Assembly (NCBI RefSeq): GCF_014395975.1
Contig: NZ_CP060714.1
Coordinates: 1 to 32,000 of the forward strand
Direction: 5' to 3'
DNA: 32,000 nt
From: Diaphorobacter ruginosibacter
GTDB taxonomy: Bacteria > Pseudomonadota > Gammaproteobacteria > Burkholderiales > Burkholderiaceae_C
The translations under genes were made by a program, and so were the position numbers. Under the pieces are notes generated by a model. The model saw nothing but the letters and a program-made list of their open reading frames with translations, was not told the DNA's origin and made no database searches. Each line of letters begins with the position of its first letter. Position 1 is the stretch's first letter. Below, in pieces: positions 27,718 to 32,000 of the stretch.

Positions 27718-28733
27718 TGAAAAATCTCTTCTTCTTGTTCGGTGGGGAAATGAGGGGATGCGGCACGCTGCGGTACGGCGTGCTGCATGAGCAGTTCTGT
27801 GTGCCTGGCGGCGTCGTGGCGCACGAAGCCGGGCACCAGGGCCTGCGCAGCATCCGCAAGCGCGTTGACCAGGCCTTCCATGGCGGGCGTCATGGGCAGG
27901 GTCTGCGGGGAGACGACGCCAAACAGGAAGGGGATGGAGGTGTCGATCGCGCGCACGGCGACTCCGGCGAGCGGCAGCCCCAGCGCGGTCACGGGTTCGA
28001 GCACGGAAACGCCCAGTCCGGCGCGTACGGCGGCCATGGCGTTGACGGATGAATTGGTCTTGATGAACTGGCGCGTGCGCTCTTCGTGGGTCGCCGCGGC
28101 AAAGGCTTCGGAGAGCCGGCCCATCAGGCGGTACGGATTGGCCAGCGTGATCATGCGGCGCTGCGCAAGTTCGGCGAGCGGCACCACGTCAAGCTGCGCG
28201 AGCGGGTCGTCTTCGGGCAGCACCGCCACGCAGGGCGCCTCGGCGATCCAGTGCACCTGCAGCCCTCGGTGCTCCAGCGGCAGGCTGGTCACGCCCAACT
28301 GCGCCGTGCCGGCCAGCACGCCATGGGCCACGCGCTCGGGCGAGGCGCTGCGCAGGTGGATCTGGGCTGCGGCGGCCTTGTCGCCGCGCTGGTCCAGCAG
28401 GGCGAGCGCGGCGGGGATCAGGCCCGCGGCCAGCGCCGACGTGGCCAGCACGTGCAGCGGGCGTGACACGCCATGCTCGATCTCACGGGCACGATGGCGG
28501 ATCTGCTGCAGGCTCTGCAGCGCATGTTCCACATCCTCGAACAACAGGAAGGCCTGCTCGGTGGGCGACACGCGCGGGCCGTTGCGGCTGAACAGCGGAT
28601 AGCCGATCGCGCTCTCCAGCTCCTGCACCAGGCGCGTCACGGCCGGCTGCGAACGGCCCAGCACCCGGCCGGCAGCGGTGACGCTGCCTGTGGACATGAC
28701 GGCCGCAAAGGCTTCCAGTTGACGAAGTTCCAT
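27714..28733 (-). CDS. LysR-family transcriptional regulator
   Basis: N-terminal HTH MELRQLEAFAAVMSTGSVTAAGRVLGRSQPAVTRLVQELE. Its stop overlaps the start of the downstream oxidoreductase (ATGA). Confidence 0.9.
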   Translation of the reverse strand: MELRQLEAFAAVMSTGSVTAAGRVLGRSQPAVTRLVQELESAIGYPLFSRNGPRVSPTEQAFLLFEDVEHALQSLQQIRHRAREIEHGVSRPLHVLATSALAAGLIPAALALLDQRGDKAAAAQIHLRSASPERVAHGVLAGTAQLGVTSLPLEHRGLQVHWIAEAPCVAVLPEDDPLAQLDVVPLAELAQRRMITLANPYRLMGRLSEAFAAATHEERTRQFIKTNSSVNAMAAVRAGLGVSVLEPVTALGLPLAGVAVRAIDTSIPFLFGVVSPQTLPMTPAMEGLVNALADAAQALVPGFVRHDAARHTELLMQHAVPQRAASPHFPTEQEEEIFQ

Positions 28734-28762
28734 CGTGTTTTGACTATGCTCAATGCAAATTC

Positions 28763-28785
28763 TGAATCACTAAGAATGTGATTCA
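28763..28785. promoter_or_regulatory. Perfect inverted repeat in the LysR / DUF2868 divergent region
   Basis: TGAATCAC-N7-GTGATTCA, 30 to 52 bp upstream of the LysR ATG, in an AT-rich patch. Compatible with a T-N11-A type LysR box. Confidence 0.4.
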
Positions 28786-28805
28786 CAAATAATAAAAATG
28801 CATAA

Positions 28806-28827
28806 GTAAAAACCCGAAAAATCGGGT
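28806..28827 (-). terminator. Terminator-like hairpin with no obvious upstream gene
   Basis: Minus strand ACCCGA-tttt-TCGGGT followed by TTTTAC. It lies upstream of the LysR promoter region. Confidence 0.35.
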
Positions 28828-29048
28828 GAGCGATGGCAAAAGGCGTGCGATTCGAAGTTGACGGACGTTGGTGAAAGAAGCGGATGGTTACCGACGGTTT
28901 GGCGTTTTTTCTCGGATCAATCCTCTCCGTGGCGCGAGGCGGGAAGCGTCCCTCGCGCATTGCCCACAGATCCCGAAGGGTTCCCCGGCGCGAGGTGGCG
29001 CCTCTGTCCGCAAAGGCACCGCGCAGCTCAGCGGGTAACATCAAATGC

Positions 29049-30536
29049 ATGAAATCGAGCTCTGCCCGCGACATTCTTCTGGCCCATGCCATCGAAACCG
29101 CCGCGCCCAACGACGCGTTGCCCGATGCCGCCCGCTGCGCGGCCATCACGCATGACACGCTGCATGCCATCGGCAACCCGAATACGTCGGGAGGGGCCGC
29201 CAGCCGCGAGCAGTTCCAGAAATTCCTCGAGCAGCGGGCGCAACGCATCATCGCGGCGGCATCGCTGCCCGATGACGTCCGCCAGGTGTGGAAACATGCC
29301 CCGGGCGTGGCGCGCTGGGTGCCGCTGGCGGTGTTGGCCGGTGCGCTGGCCATCGGCTTCGGCATGCACCGCTTCACCGATCCGCACCGCGTCGACCTGC
29401 TCACGCCGTCGCTGCTGGGCATTGTCGTGTGGAACCTGCTCGTCTACGCCGGCATGCTCGTGAGCGCGGTGCGGGCGCTGCTGCGCAGGGGGCATGCCGC
29501 GCCCGTGGTCCTGCAGCCGGCCAATGCATCGCCGGCCGCGATGGAGCCCACCGGTGGCTGGCGTGACAGGCTGCGTGCGCGCATGTCCATGGCTGGTGGT
29601 CGTGGCGGCGGGAGCCTGCGCAGGATGGCCCTGGGTTTCGAGCGCAACTGGTGGCAGCTCAGCGCCAGGGCGCGCCATGCCCAATGGCTGCTGTGGCTGC
29701 ATCTGGGTGCGGCGATGATGGCCGTCGGGGCGCTGGCGTCGCTGTGGATGACGGGGCTGACCAACGAGTACCAGGTGGGCTGGGAGAGCACGTTCCTCTC
29801 GCCCTCCAGCGTGGAGCGTCTGCTGAACTTCATCTTCGCGCCGGTGCAATGGCTGTTCGCCGCTTCGCCGTGGACCCTGGCGGAGATCGAGTCGCTGCGC
29901 GGCTGGGTGAGCAACAACGCCGTGCCTGCGCCTGCCGAGCGCATGATCCACCCCTCCAAGGGTGAGCAATGGGTCATTGCCTACACGGCGCTGCTCGGCG
30001 TGCTGGTGGTGGCCCCGCGGCTGCTGCTGGCGCTGTACCAGGGCGTGCGCGCATGGTGGCTGCATCGCCATGTCCGCCTGCCGCTTGCACAGCCCTATTT
30101 CCAGAACCTGCAGCGCGACTTTGGCGGCCTGGCGGTCACCTTGCATGTGCTGCCCTACAGCTTCGACATCACCACGGAGCGCAGGTCCGCGATCGAGGCC
30201 TGGATCGCCACGCAGTACGGCGCGGGCGCCCATCTGGTGATCGAGCCGGCGCTCGCCTATGGCGCAAAGCTGCCGTCCGCCGCGGCGATTGCGGGCAAGG
30301 GAGACGACGCGGCGGCCGTCCTGCTGATCAACATGGCCGCCACGCCGGAGGCAGAGATTCACGGCGAACTGCTGCAGACCGCCCGCGAGCGCTGGGGCCG
30401 CGGTGCTGCGGTCTGGCTGTGGACGCAGGACTTCACCGAGCGCAACTCCGGTGCGCCCAGGCGGGTGCAGGAGCGGCGGGAGCTGTGGTCGGAGTTTCTG
30501 CGCGGCGCAGGCCTCGGCGCCGTGTGGGTGCCATAG
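29049..30536 (+). CDS. Membrane protein resembling the DUF2868 family
   Basis: Several TM segments (WVPLAVLAGALAIGFG, LLGIVVWNLLVYAGMLV, LWLHLGAAMMAVGALASLWM). Adjacent to a DUF3482-type GTPase, a pairing I recall as conserved. Start at MKSSSARD. Confidence 0.7.
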   Translation: MKSSSARDILLAHAIETAAPNDALPDAARCAAITHDTLHAIGNPNTSGGAASREQFQKFLEQRAQRIIAAASLPDDVRQVWKHAPGVARWVPLAVLAGALAIGFGMHRFTDPHRVDLLTPSLLGIVVWNLLVYAGMLVSAVRALLRRGHAAPVVLQPANASPAAMEPTGGWRDRLRARMSMAGGRGGGSLRRMALGFERNWWQLSARARHAQWLLWLHLGAAMMAVGALASLWMTGLTNEYQVGWESTFLSPSSVERLLNFIFAPVQWLFAASPWTLAEIESLRGWVSNNAVPAPAERMIHPSKGEQWVIAYTALLGVLVVAPRLLLALYQGVRAWWLHRHVRLPLAQPYFQNLQRDFGGLAVTLHVLPYSFDITTERRSAIEAWIATQYGAGAHLVIEPALAYGAKLPSAAAIAGKGDDAAAVLLINMAATPEAEIHGELLQTARERWGRGAAVWLWTQDFTERNSGAPRRVQERRELWSEFLRGAGLGAVWVP

Positions 30537-30630
30537 AGCGCCCGCTCCGTGACATCACGGTCCCGGGGCGATCTGTGGCAACGCGTTAGAGTGGTAGCTT
30601 CGATACCCATCCCCTGTTTCAATTCCACGC

Positions 30631-32000
30631 ATGGTCGAACCCGCCCCAGACACTGCACCTGCCCCTGAGCCTGACATCGCACGATCTGCGGTAAGCCATG
30701 CCGTTGCCGACGCCGGCGACCCATCCCGCCAGATCGAGTGGTGCCTGCTCTCCCACACCAACATCGGCAAGACCTCGCTCACGCGCACGCTGCTGGCCGA
30801 CGACGTGGGCGAGATCCAGGATGCGGCGCATGTCACCAGCCAGTCGCAGCGCTACCTGCTCCAGGGCGACGCGCACGGCGATCAATTGTGGCTCTGGGAT
30901 ACACCCGGCTTCGGCGATTCGGTGCGGCTGTACGAGCGCCTGAAGCAGCAGGGCAATCCGCTCGGCTGGTTTCTCTCGAATGTGTGGGACCGCTGGCGCG
31001 ACAAGCCGTTCTACATGAGCCAGCGCGCACTGGTGGCGGCGCGCGACCATGCGGATGTGATGCTGTATCTGGTGAATGCGGCGGAAGATCCGGCGGATGC
31101 GGGGTACTGGGAATCCGAGATGCGCATCCTGCAATGGATGAACAAGCCGGTGATCATTCTGCTCAACCAGATCGGCAGCGACACGACGCAGGAGCAGACC
31201 GCCGCCGACCTGCAGCGCTGGCGCGAGGCCGTGCAGCCGTTCAGCGGCACGGTGCATGATGTGCTGGTGCTCGATGCCTTCACCCGCAGCTGGTGGCACG
31301 AACGCACGATGCTGCAGAGCATCGCGCCCCTGTTGCCGCCCGGGAAGCTGCCCGCCTACGAACGCCTGCTGGCGGAGCGCGAGCGGCGACAGCAGGCACG
31401 GGAGGAGGCCAGCCTGCGCGCCCTGGCCGAACAGCTGGTGGCCTGCGCCCGTGCGCAGGAAGCGCCCCAGCAGGAAAAGTCGGGACTCTGGGGCCGTGCG
31501 GTCCACACGATCTCGCAGAAGCTCCGGCCCGCGCAGGAGGATGTGTCGCCCGAAATGCGCGAGGCCATGAAGCGCCTGTTCTCCACGCTGCAGCAGGCCG
31601 ATGTGCGCTCGACACAGCAACTGTTGCAGCTGCACCAGCTCGATGGCGACGCCGCCAGCCGGATACAGCAGCAGCTCAAGAGCGACCTGAGCATCTCGAG
31701 GCCCAACGACCCGCAGGCCGCAGGCCTGTGGGGGGCGCTCACCGCGGGCGCGGCAACCGGACTGGGCGCGGATCTGGTGGCCGGCGGCATGACGCTGGGG
31801 GCCGGTGCGCTGGTCGGCGCCCTGGTGGGCGCCGTCACTTTCGCGGGCGCAGCCTGGGGCGCGAACAAGATGCTCGACCAGGAGTCGCAGCGCTTGCGGC
31901 TGTCGGACGACTATCTGAACGCACTGGCGTCGCAGGCCTTGCTCAAGTACGTGGTGATCTCGCATTTCGGCCGGGGGCGCGGGCGCTACAGCGCGCCCTC
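30631..32000 (+). CDS. Membrane-associated GTPase (DUF3482-like), 3'-truncated by the window edge; absent from the ORF track
   Basis: My translation from the ATG at 30631 is MVEPAPDT...CLLSHTNIGKTSLTRTLL (P-loop), then LWDTPGFGDS (G3) and VIILLNQIG. The frame stays open to nt 32000 (...YVVISHFGRGRGRYSAP). The 448-aa minus-strand ORF at 30619..31965 is its antisense shadow. Confidence 0.8.
   Translation, partial: MVEPAPDTAPAPEPDIARSAVSHAVADAGDPSRQIEWCLLSHTNIGKTSLTRTLLADDVGEIQDAAHVTSQSQRYLLQGDAHGDQLWLWDTPGFGDSVRLYERLKQQGNPLGWFLSNVWDRWRDKPFYMSQRALVAARDHADVMLYLVNAAEDPADAGYWESEMRILQWMNKPVIILLNQIGSDTTQEQTAADLQRWREAVQPFSGTVHDVLVLDAFTRSWWHERTMLQSIAPLLPPGKLPAYERLLAERERRQQAREEASLRALAEQLVACARAQEAPQQEKSGLWGRAVHTISQKLRPAQEDVSPEMREAMKRLFSTLQQADVRSTQQLLQLHQLDGDAASRIQQQLKSDLSISRPNDPQAAGLWGALTAGAATGLGADLVAGGMTLGAGALVGALVGAVTFAGAAWGANKMLDQESQRLRLSDDYLNALASQALLKYVVISHFGRGRGRYSAP

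Noticed and set aside
28770-28777. CTAAGAAT octamer shared between the LysR-region palindrome loop and the phage palindrome at 25371..25378
   Set aside because: A single 8-mer match between two AT-rich patches is expected by chance. The surrounding arms are unrelated.
30619-31965. 448-aa minus-strand ORF
   Set aside because: It is the antisense shadow of the plus-strand GTPase gene. That gene has clear P-loop and DTPG motifs and an open frame to the window end.

Overview
High-GC chromosomal segment. Gene content looks like Burkholderiales/Comamonadaceae, but that is inference only. Most of it is ordinary housekeeping and transport genes. From the left: the 3' part of metH, a lower-GC hipBA toxin-antitoxin islet, a GDPD-family lipoprotein, a TlpA-like thioredoxin, an orphan trpB-like gene, a GntR regulator and dctA. 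A long minus-strand operon follows: LysR, FAD-dependent oxidoreductase, DppBCDF-type ABC importer with binding protein, BAAT/dienelactone-hydrolase-like enzyme and two CMD/AhpD-like proteins. The window ends with a divergent DUF2868-like protein / membrane GTPase pair. The main result is a ~7.3 kb lower-GC insertion (about 18363..25700) that cuts the DppB-type permease gene of this operon in two. The insert has the gene set of a filamentous (inovirus-like) phage: Ff gene-V-like ssDNA-binding protein, HUH rolling-circle Rep, tiny hydrophobic ORFs, pVIII-like major coat, pIII-like adsorption protein, pVI-like protein and a Zot/pI ATPase. It has no secretin gene. It also carries a small resolvase-type serine recombinase at one end and a divergent HTH/membrane-protein module at the other. 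Removing the insert at a shared 3-bp GTG restores an in-frame permease with no scar. The two junctions share ATGG..CG half-sites, as expected for serine-recombinase att sites. Several tiny phage ORFs (34 aa) and the 3'-open GTPase gene are missing from the supplied ORF track. Many long ORFs in the track are antisense shadow ORFs typical of high-GC DNA. I recognised no rRNA, tRNA or CRISPR array.
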